A stretch of 63,887 nt of DNA, filler included, from Octopus bimaculoides (GCF_001194135.2; 9 parts of 8 records of this genome joined end to end with filler, not necessarily neighbours in it), one strand, 5' to 3'. Positions 37,630 through 51,498 are shown, counted from the whole stretch's first letter. The notes: generated by a model from the letters alone, not told the origin. Made by a program: numbers and translations.

Positions 37630-37915
37630 GCAGTAATGGACAGGTCTTCTTGAGCATAGCAAGCCACTAATAATTCAAGTCCCTTTTCATCTCCTCTGTG
37701 AGGTTCAACATCTTGAGATCCACCTCCAGTACTTCATCTCATGTCTTCTTGGGTTTCCTTCCCTTTTTCACACGTTCCATCCACTTTAAGTGACCAACAC
37801 TAATCTATGCAGCTGTCCTCTTCCGTACACATCACATGACCAAATGTGTGCAGATTTCGGTCCTTGCAAACTACATTCGATTCCTCTTGTGCATAAGTTT
37901 TCTCTCAACACCTTA
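37630..37915 (-). mobile_element. RTE-clade LINE 3' fragment
   Basis: Minus strand, degenerate: LRENL..RGI.C..Q....FGHVM..EEDSC...V.G...GRKPKKT*DEVLEVDLKMLNLTEEM. Confidence 0.6.
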
Positions 37916-38769
37916 GCAGTTTGGTATGTGTGTGTGTGTTTCATCTTTTATTAATCAAATCCACTCACAGTGCATTAACTGGTCTGAGGCAATAGCCGAA
38001 GATGCTAGCCAAAAAGTGTCATGAGGTGGTTGGGACAGAAGCTGGATTTATATAGTCAGGAAGCAAACTTCTTACCACACAGATATACCTGTATATGTAT
38101 ATATANNNNNNNNNNNNNNNNNNNNNNNNNNNNNNNNNNNNNNNNNNNNNNNNNNNNNNNNNNNNNNNNNNNNNNNNNNNNNNNNNNNNNNNNNNNNNNN
38201 NNNNNNNNNNNNNNNNNNNNNNNNNNNNNNNNNNNNNNNNNNNNNNNNNNNNNNNNNNNNNNNNNNNNNNNNNNNNNNNNNNNNNNNNNNNNNNNNNNNN
38301 NNNNNNNNNNNNNNNNNNNNNNNNNNNNNNNNNNNNNNNNNNNNNNNNNNNNNNNNNNNNNNNNNNNNNNNNNNNNNNNNNNNNNNNNNNNNNNNNNNNN
38401 NNNNNNNNNNNNNNNNNNNNNNNNNNNNNNNNNNNNNNNNNNNNNNNNNNNNNNNNNNNNNNNNNNNNNNNNNNNNNNNNNNNNNNNNNNNNNNNNNNNN
38501 NNNNNNNNNNNNNNNNNNNNNNNNNNNNNNNNNNNNNNNNNNNNNNNNNNNNNNNNNNNNNNNNNNNNNNNNNNNNNNNNNNNNNNNNNNNNNNNNNNNN
38601 NNNNNNNNNNNNNNNNNNNNNNNNNNNNNNNNNNNNNNNNNNNNNNNNNNNNNNNNNNNNNNNNNNNNNNNNNNNNNNNNNNNNNNNNNNNNNNNNNNNN
38701 NNNNNNNNNNNNNNNNNNNNNNNNNNNNNNNNNNNNNNNNNNNNNNNNNNNNNNNNNNNNNNNNNNNNN

Positions 38770-38804
<35 letters not shown>

Positions 38805-39236
38805 TCTATAAACACATATGTATGCGTATGTGCTTCTCTGTGTGTGTGTGTAAGTATACACATACATGTATATATTTGAATGCACTTATTGATTTTACTC
38901 ATTGAATTATATACAGAAATATATGCATCGTACATACGTGCATTACATACATACATGCTTACATATATACAAACATATATACAAAAATACATACATACAT
39001 ATTTATCATATCAGCGTCGCTTTCTACATTCACTTTCACCTTAGCTTTCATGCAGCCTATTGAGTTTTATACCACATAATGTTTGCACTATGTAAAATAT
39101 ATTATTGATATATTTTATTACTCTATATTACAACATATATATATATACATACAACATACATACATTATATATATATGCATATACATATCACACGCACACA
39201 TGTATATTACATATACATGTCTGTATATATATATAT

Positions 39237-39287
<51 letters not shown>

Positions 39288-39387
39288 NNNNNNNNNNNNN
39301 NNNNNNNNNNNNNNNNNNNNNNNNNNNNNNNTTAATTAATTAANNNNNNNNNNNNNNNNNNNNNNNNNNNNNNNNNNNNNNNNNNNN

Positions 39388-39580
39388 TGTGTGTGTGTGT
39401 GTGTGTTCTCCCACAATCGCTTGACAACCAATGTTGGTGTCCCCATATCTTAGCTGTTCACGAAATTTGACCGATAAGATTAGTACCAGGCTTACAAAGA
39501 ATAAGTTGTGCGGCCGATTCGTTCGACTAAAGACGGCGCTCCAGTATGGCCACACTCAAAAAACAATGACTGAAGCAAGT
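39388..39580 (+). mobile_element. SINE family A 3' fragment
   Basis: tcgcttgacaacc.atg..taagattagtacc.ggcttacaaagaataag..ggcgctccagtatggcc. Confidence 0.75.
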
Positions 39581-40369
39581 AAAAGAATGAAACAATAAAA
39601 CAATAAAAAAAAGAATATTTATTGTTGTTATTTTTCTTCTTGCAGCTACCTTTCTTAAATCAAGGCTTGGCTGAAGATCGTAGTCCTTCTCTAAAAACGT
39701 GTCAGGGAATTGTCAAATCGTAGTTGTTGTTGTGGTTAGTGTTACTAACTGAGTTGTTGATTTTGATGTTCCTGGCATTGTTTATTTTGTTTTGGTGTGA
39801 GCTACATTCTGCGGCCGTAATAAAGGGATAGGCAATTGGTGTCTTTGCTACAGCCACTATGAGTAGTAGCAGCAGTACGGATAGGTAGTTAGCAACAGGC
39901 ATCCAGGTTAGTATCTGTGAAATTAAGCCACTCCTTTGTATTCCAACTAGTAATTTCGGCTTTTCGAAAAGGACGAGAGCAACACAAGAAAATAATTCTC
40001 GGGAAATGTATTGCAAACATATGTGACCTGTGGGGCGCTCACTTGGTCGCTTACAGAAACTAATGATGATACTCCGTATTATCATTAATATTGTTATTCG
40101 GATCAATTACTACCAGGCTTACAACTGCCATTGTCATCATCACCGACAAAGAAAGCTTCATGTTTAAATGTGCTGTATCATGTACATTATTTCAATCATT
40201 TATTACACCTGATTAGCAAATGTGATGTGTAAGATATACGCTGTATTATCACACTTTTCTGCATTTAATATTGTTTCTTCCAAGTTTCTAGTAATTTGCA
40301 GCTTGGTTTCTACGATGTTATCCGATTAACTTATCATATTTTGAGGAGCTACGATTGTAGGCGTAAGAG

Positions 40370-40525
40370 TTGGCAGGATCGGTAGCAGGCCGTGCGAAAT
40401 GCTTAGCGATATTTTTCGCCCGTCGCTAAGTTCTGAGTTCAAATTCAGCCGAGGTTGACTTTGCATTCCATCTTTTAGTAGTCGATAAAATTAGTACCAG
40501 TTACATACTGCTGTTTATCTAATCA
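40370..40525 (+). mobile_element. SINE family C
   Basis: cgaaatgcttagcg..ttctgagttcaaattc.gccgaggttgactttgc..gtcgataaaattagtaccag. Confidence 0.8.
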
Positions 40526-43500
40526 ACTTCGAAGAAGAAGAAGTTAAGTGTCAGGGAAAGAAGGAAGAAGTTGATAAGCAGAAAGAAGGCGTGAGTATGG
40601 AAGGAATACAGACTTCCTCACTACATTGAAATTGTAGTAGCATGAAGGACAAGCAACTCCAGCGAAGAGTCTAACAAAAATGGAGATATATGAGTTCAAA
40701 ATAGCATTCTGTATATCTACCTTAACGTGGATATAATGGTTAAAACCAGAAAACTGCAGCATTCAACTTGAGAATGCTTCTCATAATGATATATTTTGCT
40801 AATGCGTCTACACAAGATAATTTCTTGAGACGAATGCGGCAGTTTTCTGAGATTCTACAATATATCCACGCTATGTACGATATGTAGATTGTTGTATGTA
40901 GTTGCTGTGTGCCCACACAGCCATGCATATAAATGTACAATAAATATATTCGAGTCACAATTTAAGACGATCATCACGTGAACTTCTCATAAACAATATA
41001 TATTCTAAATATGTTTATGTGAACTTACTCAAAGGTTTAAAACACACACAAAGGAAGACACACACATAGTAGTGTGTGCGTATATTTATAAGTATGATAT
41101 ACATTTCTTTAATAATACACAGCTGGAAAAAATATGGTTGTATTGTTGTTTCATCTCATAACCAAATGAACTATAATTTAGTCATCTATGTAGAAATAAA
41201 ATACAATTTGACAATATAATGCATTTCTCAACCACGCTTCCTAGATTTAAATACTACGTAAATGCCAAAATAAACTTCTGTTTGAATCTATTAATATATT
41301 CAATATAGAAAGTTATTGGGATATCTAATCGACTGAAAATTCTCATTTAAATATTGTCAGTAAGTTACTGAAATCATATCACCTTGGGTTTTGAATTTAG
41401 CTCATGAATCCAAGCATAAAAATAACATCGACATATTTTGAAAAATAATTTATTTCTCATCATGATCCGAAAATGAGGGTCACATGTAAGTATTAAAAGT
41501 ACTTGAAGCTCTATGTTTTCCTTCTTTTTCTAAAAACATATTTTTTTGCTTGCTTAGCTTTTAAATTTTTACCTTGGTTTCTATCGTGTATTTAAATTTT
41601 AATTCTTTGAATAGATCATTTCCGCACAGGATCTATTTTGATAAGATATTTATTATGCCTTTCTGCAACGTAAAACATTAATGAATATTCAGCTACAGGG
41701 GAAATATTCTAAAAAGTGTGTCATTAATATTAATCTATTATTTCCTCATGCTTTATAGAATTTATAACATTTTAGCAAACTATAATCAAATAAATATTTT
41801 GAAGTTCAACTTTGTACGTGTCAACGGTAAATCTGTTGCAGAGTGTGGGTGTTAATTTAAATATTTTACTTCTGATATATTCTTAACGACGATATAATTT
41901 CAGTAAGGTCAGCGCCACCTCACCTAATGTGGCGGAAATATTAACCTCAGGTAATCGATATTATGGCTGTATTTAAAAGGGTTTCGAGATAGTAGAAACG
42001 TTAGAAATTCGAAGGAAATAATTTGTGGTATTCACTCCGACTTTAAATCACTCCGATTTCAAATCTCGCTAAGTGTCGATAAGTAAATTCTAGATAATTA
42101 CGAACCGTTCTTCAAATATTGCTGGATTTGTACCCAATTGAGTATCCTAGGTGATACATCTATTTGAGATCAATAAGTGATGTTGAACAATATTTAAAAA
42201 TCAACAGAAGGAAGAAAATATATAACAAAAAGGTAAATAAAGTTAAGATGTAAAACACCAGCGGAAATATAAAAGTCATTTAGAGGAAGAAGGGCTTGAA
42301 TCTAATGTGCAAAATGTCAATTGTGGATATGACGTTCTTATGTCAAATAGAAGCAATAACGTGTCTGCGAAACATATAGAAGTCAATGAATACGCAGTAT
42401 TAATCACACACTGGCCTCAAAATGCTCCTAAAAACGAAGAAAATAGACCGAAGATACTTTGTGGTTAATATCTCCATTCACCGGCAGATAGACGAGAAAT
42501 TTCGATACTGCTCAAAATAAAATTTGTGAAGATATTTCAATATTTACCGAAGATATATGCATATATAAACAACTATTAATATCATGCATTCTTAATTCCT
42601 TAGGTATATATTTCTAAAGATGTATTCTACAATAAACGAGTTAATACTTTAAGCAATCTGCTGTGTGTTACAAAGCATGTTCACATTCATTGTGTAAGAT
42701 TTAATGTATAATATTTGATTATTATATTAAGCTATCCATATAAACAATAAGGAAATATTATTTCACGGCTCTCATTATTAAAGCCTGAATTGACAGCACA
42801 GCAGGGCGTGGTGCTTTGTGCTTTGGGCACCTCCATCGTCTCTTTTAGATTGTTTCTCTGTTCCATTGAAAATATATAAAATACAATTGATTGTGTATAA
42901 ATTTATGTGTTTACTCTTTATTATTCTGTATCAGCGTTTATCACTCCTTAAAGACGTTATTATTATTCACACTACTATTATCTTGTAAGACTTGGTGCAT
43001 TCTAATCTATGCAGGCTTTCTTAGGCTTTCGTTATTGTTCCTACTGGTTTGTCTAAATTTCTATTATCCAAGGATTCAGCAACCATTTTAACTACTGCAC
43101 GGAATTTCCTTGACGAATGTTTTATGAGGAGACATACGATATCGTATTTTTGTTCATTCTCTTCGTAAATCTTCGCTCGTCACTGCGCTATTCACTGTCA
43201 ATTTCCACAAAATATTTTCCCCTTCAGTTGTCTAAAGAAATCATTTTGATTCAGAGTTAATCTTAGCAATCAACTAGATTTATGCGTGATCGAGTAAGAT
43301 TCAACATCCGCCATTCATGCTAATAAGGGGATCTATAAACTTAATCAATTCACAGCTCCCTGCCATTTATTAGCCCGACATTGCAGTAGAAGTTTACTAC
43401 ATTCTAGTGTATCTTTCTACTCTGGTTCCTACAAAAGTTATCCGCCTGATTGATTGAAATATTTCGTAATAAGTGTTTTATATTTTTTCTTAGTTTTACA

Positions 43501-43659
43501 TATTTTTTTTTTTTTTAGAATCTGCAATCTTTGAATTAAAGACAATGAATAATTTGAAAAAAATGCTTCAAACTTGTGAGGTTCTTCATATACAAATATG
43601 TGTGTGTGTACATATGTGCATGCGTGTTAGTGTGTGTCTAATTTTGTGTAAGTGTGCAT

Positions 43660-44567
43660 GCGGGGGCATTCATATGTATGTACATTTTCTGTTTGTGTAC
43701 AACACAGCTAGTCGTCATTAGTGAGTGATTACGTATTTCCAAGAGATACTATGATCGCCTTTCCTGTTACTCGCCGGCATACGATTGAGCAAAAATATTC
43801 AACCACTCTGTCTATGAAACGCGTCTCAGCAGTATATCCACCTTTTAACATTTTGAGATTTTTCAAAGCCATAATGCAAGTGACAAAGGAGCATATTCTG
43901 CAGATTTTACTTTATGAGTTCAATAAAGGCAACAACACGACGGAAAGTGCAAGGAATATTAATGCAGTGTATGGAGATCGCACAATAACCGTATGCCAAT
44001 GTCAACGCTGGTTTCAGATATCCCGAGCCGGAAACTACAGCCTACAAGACGTGTCTCAACCTGAAAGATCTGTAGAGATCGATGAGAACATCCTGCACAC
44101 ACTGAAGGAAAAAGAAATCACATCGTAGCTGTTGAGGAACAAGCAGATAAGCTTAGATTTGGTCATTCAACCAGTCATTCAATCAGAAGTAGAAGAAAAA
44201 CGACCATTTTAGGTTTCAAGAAGAAAAGTGTTCGTCCATCAGGATAACGTTCGTCAATATACAATGAGGATGACATTCCAAAAGCTAAAATGGGAAACGA
44301 TGCCCCACACACCATATTCCTCAGACATTGCCCCATCTGATTATCATTTATTCCAGTTTTCAAAATCATTTGCACAGAAAAGAATATGAATTCTGTAGAC
44401 GAGTTTAGAACAGTACTGGAGGAGTATTTTAAGTCCACCAGAAACATGGAAGTGCATTGTAGAAAAGGCAGGAGAGTATACTTCAGATGAAAAAGAACTT
44501 TGTTTATCTTAATTTTGAAAATTAAGAAAAGTATAAAAAAACGTATTATTTATGGGATGACCCAATA
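43660..44567 (+). mobile_element. internally deleted mariner remnant
   Basis: ATG 43874 MQVTKEHILQILLYEFNKG..CQRWFQ..AGNYSLQD. The WVPHEL and first-Asp region is missing; HQDNVR and PYSSDIAPSDYHLF are present. 3' TIR ttatgggatgacccaata resembles that of the 11.6-kb element. 5' boundary approximate. Confidence 0.85.
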
Positions 44568-44956
44568 TATTGCAGTGTGGTTTCACGATTTGTATAGTAA
44601 ATGTGTTAATAGAACATTGTATTGGAACAAACATATTTCTAAGAAATATTTAGGCATTACATCTAAAACTTTTACTCTCCTTTTCCGAAAAGAAAAGAAA
44701 AAAATAGTACTCGAAATTGACAGGATACTGTTTTATCTCTCCTCTCCTGTGTAAAAATTATCTTCTCGAGTGGTCTGAGATCCATTTTGTGATCAATAAT
44801 TTCCGTCCCGCAGCATGTCAAACGTTTTCTATTCTGTCACTGATGGCATTTTTCCTGATTTCGCAGCTCTCTAAAGTAATTCTCAAAATTCATATTCTTA
44901 AAAGACGGAAAGATGGCCTAATTCATTCGTCTTCATGCACTGATTTCACATTTCGC

Positions 44957-45090
44957 TAAGGTCGACTTTGCATTTTTTTTTAGGTCTAGAAAATAAGTAC
45001 CAGTCGAGTACTGGGGTGGATGTAATCGACTTATCCCCATCCGCTAAATTGCTGTCCTTGTGTCAAGACTTGGAGCCAATTTTGGTATAG
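44957..45090 (+). mobile_element. SINE family C 3' fragment
   Basis: aaggtcgactttgc..aaataagtaccagtcgagtactggggt.gatgtaatcgactt. Confidence 0.75.
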
Positions 45091-45919
45091 CTATGATGAT
45101 TTTCTATAACATTGTCGCTAATTGCTTTCCTTACCAACTGTTGTTTTATATATTGTTTTATTCCCAAATCCTGATTTTAAAATGTTACATATCATACGAG
45201 TCTATTTTATATTTTTTTGTGCTATTACAAAGTTTTTGCCTAACAAGATTCTTTTTGCTCTTTTTTAAATGTGTCATACATATCCCAGCCTTTTGTCTGC
45301 AATAGAAACTGCATTCTTTTTGTGATCTTCAAGTATTTGCTGGAGGTCACTCTACAAGTCATACTGTTTTAATGTTTGTAGGAAAGACGGATAATACGGG
45401 CAAACTGAAACTCGCATCACTTCTCATTTTATCCCATATTTCAGAACTGTCGTTTTTTTCTTTTCACTGGCAGTATCGTTATAATGCTTTATGGTATTTA
45501 TTTCTGCTGCCTTTTTAAGAAAGTTAAAAGCGCGCCGAGGTTGTCTTTGATTCTCGTTATTGTTTTATCGGCCATATAAAACAATGAACCAATGAATTAA
45601 TTACATTCTCACTTCTGGTCTGTATCAAAAATTTGAAAGGATTGACGAGAATGACTTGGAAAGATGTTTAAAGCCTTGGATAAATGTTAAGTGTAAATAC
45701 TGCAATCATGCTTACAGGGTCGATAAAATGAAGTCACTATCAAATAATTGACGGAAGCAATTCACTAACACTATACAATTAAAACATAGCTGGCTTTCGG
45801 TCAAAATGTGACTGGCCAGCAAATCTATTATACAAAAATGATGTTCAGTATTTCTTCTGACCTTGCGTTCTGATTTCAAATGCTGCCGAAGTGGACTATG
45901 ACGTTTATCCATTCGCGGT

Positions 45920-46085
45920 CATTATCAGTTGGCAGAATCGTTAGCACGCCATCTGTCTTTACGTTCAGAGTTCAAAATCCGCCGACGTTGATTTGCATTT
46001 CATCCTTTTGGTGCACTGGGGTTGCTGTAATCAAATTACCCGTCCCTTGAAATATTGCTAGTCTTGTGCCAAAATTTGAAAGCAC
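45920..46085 (+). mobile_element. SINE family C, internally deleted
   Basis: tggcagaatcgttagcacgcc..gagttcaaaatccgccga..tgcatttcatcctttt. Confidence 0.75.
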
Positions 46086-47456
46086 TATTATGTAGTATAA
46101 CGTACTTTGATAATTGCTGAACGAAAGTTCACCTCCTCTTTTCTTAAAAATTAAATAAAAAGAAACCGACTTTTTCAAATGAACATCAGTTCTAGTTTCT
46201 TCGACGACTTTTCACTAATTGTCTCTGTTTTTTTCATCATTATATTGGATCATTAAGATCTAATCGGCGTACATCGAAATCTAAAATTCTTTCACAATCT
46301 GCAAACTGATATTATAACCCTGTGTTATTAGTGTGATACTATCTGACTTTAGAACACGGTAAATTAGATGCCAACGGATAAAGTTATTAAAGTCTTTCTA
46401 GATATTTAAATGACTGTTACGGAAGTCATCGTCTCTTCCGCTAAGTTTCGCGACATAAATCTAGTCATTATATCGCATCGTTACATTCCTTCCTTTGATA
46501 TTAGATCTAATGACATGATTATTGTATCGTTTCGCTTATCTCATTATACTATTCGTATTTTTTTTTTTAATTTTATGCCGGCACACATGATGCACTTATA
46601 AAATTGTAGTTCATCTAAAGCGTTGATCTATTCACATCAGCAGATATCGAGATCATTTCACTAAGGTGAAAACCGACGACATGGAATCTCTATTGTAGCA
46701 ATATCCACTTGATTTCAAAACAAAATATTGTTATTTCGTGCCACTTTTGTAAATTATAAGAATAATATATCGATTTTGTTCAATAAGATACAAAACTATA
46801 GAGACACCAGGGAGACATAAGTCCGACCTAGTTGAATGTATCTGTATAATACCTTGCTAATAAGCTTGCTTGCTTGCTATGCTGCTCTGGACAAATATTT
46901 ACAAATTTTTTTTTGCTTCAGGCTGATCCAAATAGGGCAAATGTAGAGACAACTGGGAAAATTTGCAACGCATGACTCTATGCATGTAGTTTGTCAAATA
47001 CGAATTTGGGCGTCTCGGCAGAGTAAAATGTCGCCGTTCAGTAAATAAATTAACACCTTGTTGCTGTAGCATGGGTTGTGTGTAGTTACTATCTATCTAA
47101 TAACCTGCTTGTTCGTTTGCCCGTTATTCTTTAGTTAATTAGAGAGGTGGATGTGGAGTGAGTGAGACGTGGAGTAAATGTGTGAGTGTGGGTGTGTGAG
47201 AGAGAGAGGTGGGGATTTAGTAGTGTGAGTAGAGAAAGAAGAAGTGAGAAATAGAGAAAGAGGTATAATAAGGTCAAATGCGTCACGTGTTTAGTTGAAG
47301 GGAGAGGTGAAGAGGGAGAGAAAAAACAGTGAGAGAAAAGAGGGAAAGAGAAGTGTTAATAACGTTCTGTAGTGTGGGGAGGGAAAAGTAAAGAAACGTA
47401 GATAAAGAGAGAGGGGCAGGGGAGGAAGTTACATTAAGAGATAGATAGATAGCTAG

Positions 47457-47487
<31 letters not shown>

Positions 47488-48317
47488 GATAGATAGACAG
47501 ATAGACAGATGGAGAGAGAGGGAGAGAGAGAGTTAGTAGAAGTGAGAGTTGAAGAGAAAAGAGAAATGTTAAAGACATGAAGACGGGAATTACATGGTTA
47601 AAAAGTTAGTTGAAGAGTGAGCGAGAAAAAGAGAAATATAATGTGTAATACAAGGAAATTTTAAAATCTAATTTATTATGACTGCGACTCGAATGCTTAA
47701 AATGATAAAAATAAAAATGCAAGTTAGCCTTCTTTCTTAAGTAGTTTCTCCTAATGTTTTTCGTTCTGTAAAACTTTGAAGGATCTAACTAGTATTTCAT
47801 AAATTTCACACAGCTCAGTGCAAGAATAAATAAATAAATAATAACGTGATGAACGACGTAATGGAAGCTATGTAACGCAAAACAGACAAATATATATGTA
47901 TGTTTGCTTAATCACATATTGAGTAAAGTGACGCAACGGAAGCCTCTTGGACCCCCTAATCCCAATATATATATTCAAACTATGGTTTGCGCATAAGGGA
48001 CTATTATTTCTGTTGTATATACATCACATCTGATGGATGGTATTTTCTATGAACACACAAATCTGGTACTACAACTTCAGTACAAAATACTTAAGAAGAA
48101 TTTTAAATAATTTAATTCATAAAAATCGATAAGAATCCGTTCCACGAAAGCATGACAGATCTCAGTACGTGTGCACACACATGCATGTAAACGCCAACAC
48201 ACACACACACACACACANNNNNNNNNNNNNNNNNNNNNNNNNNNNNNNNNNNNNNNNNNNNTTAATTAATTAANNNNNNNNNNNNNNNNNNNNNNNNNNN
48301 NNNNNNNNNNNNNNNNN

Positions 48318-48660
48318 TTTGTAGATCGTAGGGAGACAGGTTATAGGTCTATAGTTTTGTGGTTTCTCCGTTTCCGTGGATTTGGGGATTAAGATGGTTT
48401 TCCCTTTTGTGAGCCATTCAGGCATTGTTTCTGGATCTGCTATTATGTTGTTAAAGTTTTCTGCCAGCTTTTTATGCATTGCTGGCAGGTGTTTTAACCA
48501 GAAATTGGGGATCTTGTCGTGTCCAGGTGCTTTCCAGTTGCTTAGTCTCTGCAGTGTCTGGGTGACCTCTTCAGTTGTTATAGGGGCCCAGAGTTGCTCA
48601 GGTGCTAAGTTCGTTGTTTTAATGGTCCTTTTTTGGGGTTGTTGCTTCACCGACCATATT
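48318..48660 (-). mobile_element. R4/Dong-type RT N-terminal fragment
   Basis: ITTEEV..LSNWKAPGHDKIPNFWLK..PEWLTKGKTILIPK..NYRPITCLPTIYK, ending at a gap. Confidence 0.88.
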
Positions 48661-48664
48661 TGTT

Positions 48665-48914
48665 TCCTAATGCACCTATAACAAATGGAATAAATTTCAC
48701 TCGCACTTTCGATAGTCTCTGTAACTCGATGGCGAGGTCCTAGCTATTTTTTATATACCTCTCATATTTCATCATTTGGGACTGTAAAATCAACTATCTG
48801 GCACTTAGTATTCTCTTTATCTATTATCACTAAATCAGGCCTTCTAGCTACTATTATTCTGTCAGTCTGAATGTTAAAGTTCCATAACATCTTATATTTT
48901 TTACTTTCTAGTAC

Positions 48915-49004
<90 letters not shown>

Positions 49005-49960
49005 CACAACAGATTAGACTGTTGGAAAAGAAAAATCCTAACATCGGGCTACAACAAGTAACCTTAGATGTCAAGATACCTCCCAAGTATCCTAGCTGTC
49101 CTTAATAACACTGTTTTCTCGAGCTGTACTAAACTGGGTTTTATGCCTATTTCCTCTATACATCTATTCAGATCTTTAGGGATAACTCCTAATGCACCTA
49201 TAACAAATGGAATAAATTTCACTTGCACTTTCGATAGTCTCTGTAACTCGATGGCGAGGTCCTAGCTATTTTTTATATACCTCTCATATTTCATCATTTG
49301 GGACTGTAAAATCAACTATCTGGCACTTAGTATTCTCTTTATCTATTATCACTAAATCAGGCCTTCTAGCTACTATTATTCTGTCAGTCTGAATGTTAAA
49401 GTTCCATAACATCTTATATTTTTTACTTTCTAGTACTTTACTGGTTCACGTTCATACCATTTATCAGTATGGTTAAATCCTAGCTTTCTACGTAACTCGC
49501 AGTGAATTACTCTCCCTAGATTGTCATGTCTTTTCTTGTATTATTTCTTGCCAGAATGCTACATATGAGTAACGCTTTTCTATTTCGATTTGCATAATCT
49601 ACATTGGGAATCTACTTGGTTTTTGGCTTTTATTCAATTAGTATTTAATGCTTGATCTTGAGCAGCTACTAACAAACTTTCTGTCTCCCTTTTCAGTTTT
49701 CCTTTCCGCAACTATAACCATGTTTCACTACTACTATTTGCTGCAACTATCTTTGGGAATCTACTGTGCAACGTCTTCTCCTGCCAGTCAGATAACTTCT
49801 ATTCTTTTTTCTGTTTTTTAACTTTTTCTAGTTTTTAACTTTGGGTTCTTGGTTTCGCTATGTCTTGCTGTGACTCTAGCAGCTTTTAATAAATTTTCTT
49901 CACTATTACCTACATAGGAGTCTATATCTACTCTAGCTAACTGCATACAGTCTATGTATA
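48665..49960 (-). mobile_element. R4/Dong-type C-terminal region (CCHC + REL), 3' UTR, (TAA)n tail and 254-bp duplicate
   Basis: LLVAAQDQAL..CRLC..KRHD..ARRPDLVIIDK..IVDFTVP..TARILGRYLDI* (stop 49064-66); tail about 48919-49002. 48665-48918 duplicates 49187-49440. Confidence 0.88.
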
Positions 49961-49963
49961 AAT

Positions 49964-51241
49964 CAGGTTGAATAAAAAGCAAGCAAAGTTTTGAACCATG
50001 AAGAATTTGTACGAGAGTTTTTCAGAGTTTTGAACTCTTTTTAAACATTTCTTTTGCAATTGTCTGATAATACAGACATAGATTTCCCAAATGGATCAAT
50101 AAATTAACTGTGATTTTTTTCACTGTTGTTACAATCATCTGAAATGGAACTGTCAAAGTGCGATATTCGTGCAATTTTGCTATTCAACTTCAAAAAAGGA
50201 CATAAAACTGCTGAAAATGTTCACGATATCAACGAAACGTTTGGTGAGGAAATGATCAGTGAGTGGTCAGTTTGAAAATGGTGTAAACGATTTCGCAATG
50301 GAGCCCTGAGCCCTGAAGATTGTGAGCGTAGAGGATGTCCATCTTTCATCGATGATAGTCAATTAAAGATCGTCATGGAGAAAGATTCACTTAATACCAC
50401 TCGAGAATTGGCAAAAGTACTTCAAGTGAACCAGAAAACTGCCTGCAACCATTTGCATGCGATTGGAAAATCAAAAAAGCTCGACAAATGGGTACCGCAC
50501 GATTTGAATGAAAATCAGAAAATGTGCAGTTATGAAATTTGCTCGTAGCTTCTTCTCCGTAACCAGATCAATCCATTTCTCAACTGCATTGTAATTTGCG
50601 ATGAAAAGTGGATTCTGTACAATAATAAAAAACATTCTTCGCAGTGGTTGGACCAGAATGAAGTACTGAAAACCTTCCCAAAACCCAAGCTCTTCAAGAA
50701 GAAGGTTATGGTGACTGTTTGATAGTGTACTGCTGGACTCATCCACTATAACTTCTTAAACCCAGAAAAATCATTACTGCAGGAACATATTTCCATGAAA
50801 TTGCCAAAATGAACGAAAAACTGCAACTTTTTCGTCCCAGACTAGTCAACAGAAGAGGGCCAATCATTCTTCATGACAATGTTCGACCACACGTTTCATT
50901 AATGATGCTCCAGAAGTTGAGAAAACGTGGCTAAAAAGTTCTTCCCCACCAAGTTTATTCCCCAGACCTTTCTCCTACCGATTACCACTTTTTCAAGCAC
51001 CTTGATGGTTTCCTGCGACATAAAAAGTTCAAAAATCAAACCGATACTGAGAGTGCGCTCAAAGAGTACGCCAGCTCCAGAACACCAGATTTTTATGTTA
51101 CGGGAATAAACAAACTTGTAACTCGCTGACAAAAATGTGTTGATTGTCATGGTACTTACTTTGAATAAAATTTCCGCATTGTTGAAATATATTGTGATGA
51201 ATTTCATGTTTCAAAACGTTGCTTACTTTTTACTCAGCCCG
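49964..51241 (+). mobile_element. full-length degenerate mariner (DD34D) with both TIRs
   Basis: TIRs caggttgaataaaaagcaagcaaagttttgaa / ttcaaaacgttgcttactttttactcagcccg. ATG 50144 MELSKCDIRAILLFNFKKG; KWVPHDL; ICDEKWILYNN; HDNVRPH; SPDLSPTDYHFF; several stops and frameshifts. Confidence 0.92.
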
Positions 51242-51498
51242 CTAGATTATGTGTTCCTCTAGCCTTCTTCCTGCAACCTATTTGTTCTTCTGGCAGTAAA
51301 TTCTGGTTGTCAAGGTGCTCGTAAATGCTTTCTGAAAGCATTCCTGTTAACAGCTTCCATAAGCAAGTGATTGGTATATAATTGCTAGCTGTATTACCCT
51401 TGCTCTTATCTTTTATAATGAGTATAATCATCCAATCTGGTATTATTTCTCTATTAAGGCAGTCCTGAAGTCGTTCCCTCGGCCTCCCATGTAAACTA
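51242..51498 (-). mobile_element. R4/Dong-type RT N-terminal fragment
   Basis: IPDWM..IIKDKSKGNTASNYIPITCLWKLLTGMLSESIYEHL..LPEEQIGCRKKARGT. Confidence 0.85.

Noticed and set aside
16217-38992. Long ORFs of 200-400 aa in the ORF track
   Set aside because: They are almost entirely X from N gaps.
41900-42470. 47-nt micro-exon candidate and about 73-codon open frame
   Set aside because: No homology recognised, weak acceptors and no partner exons.
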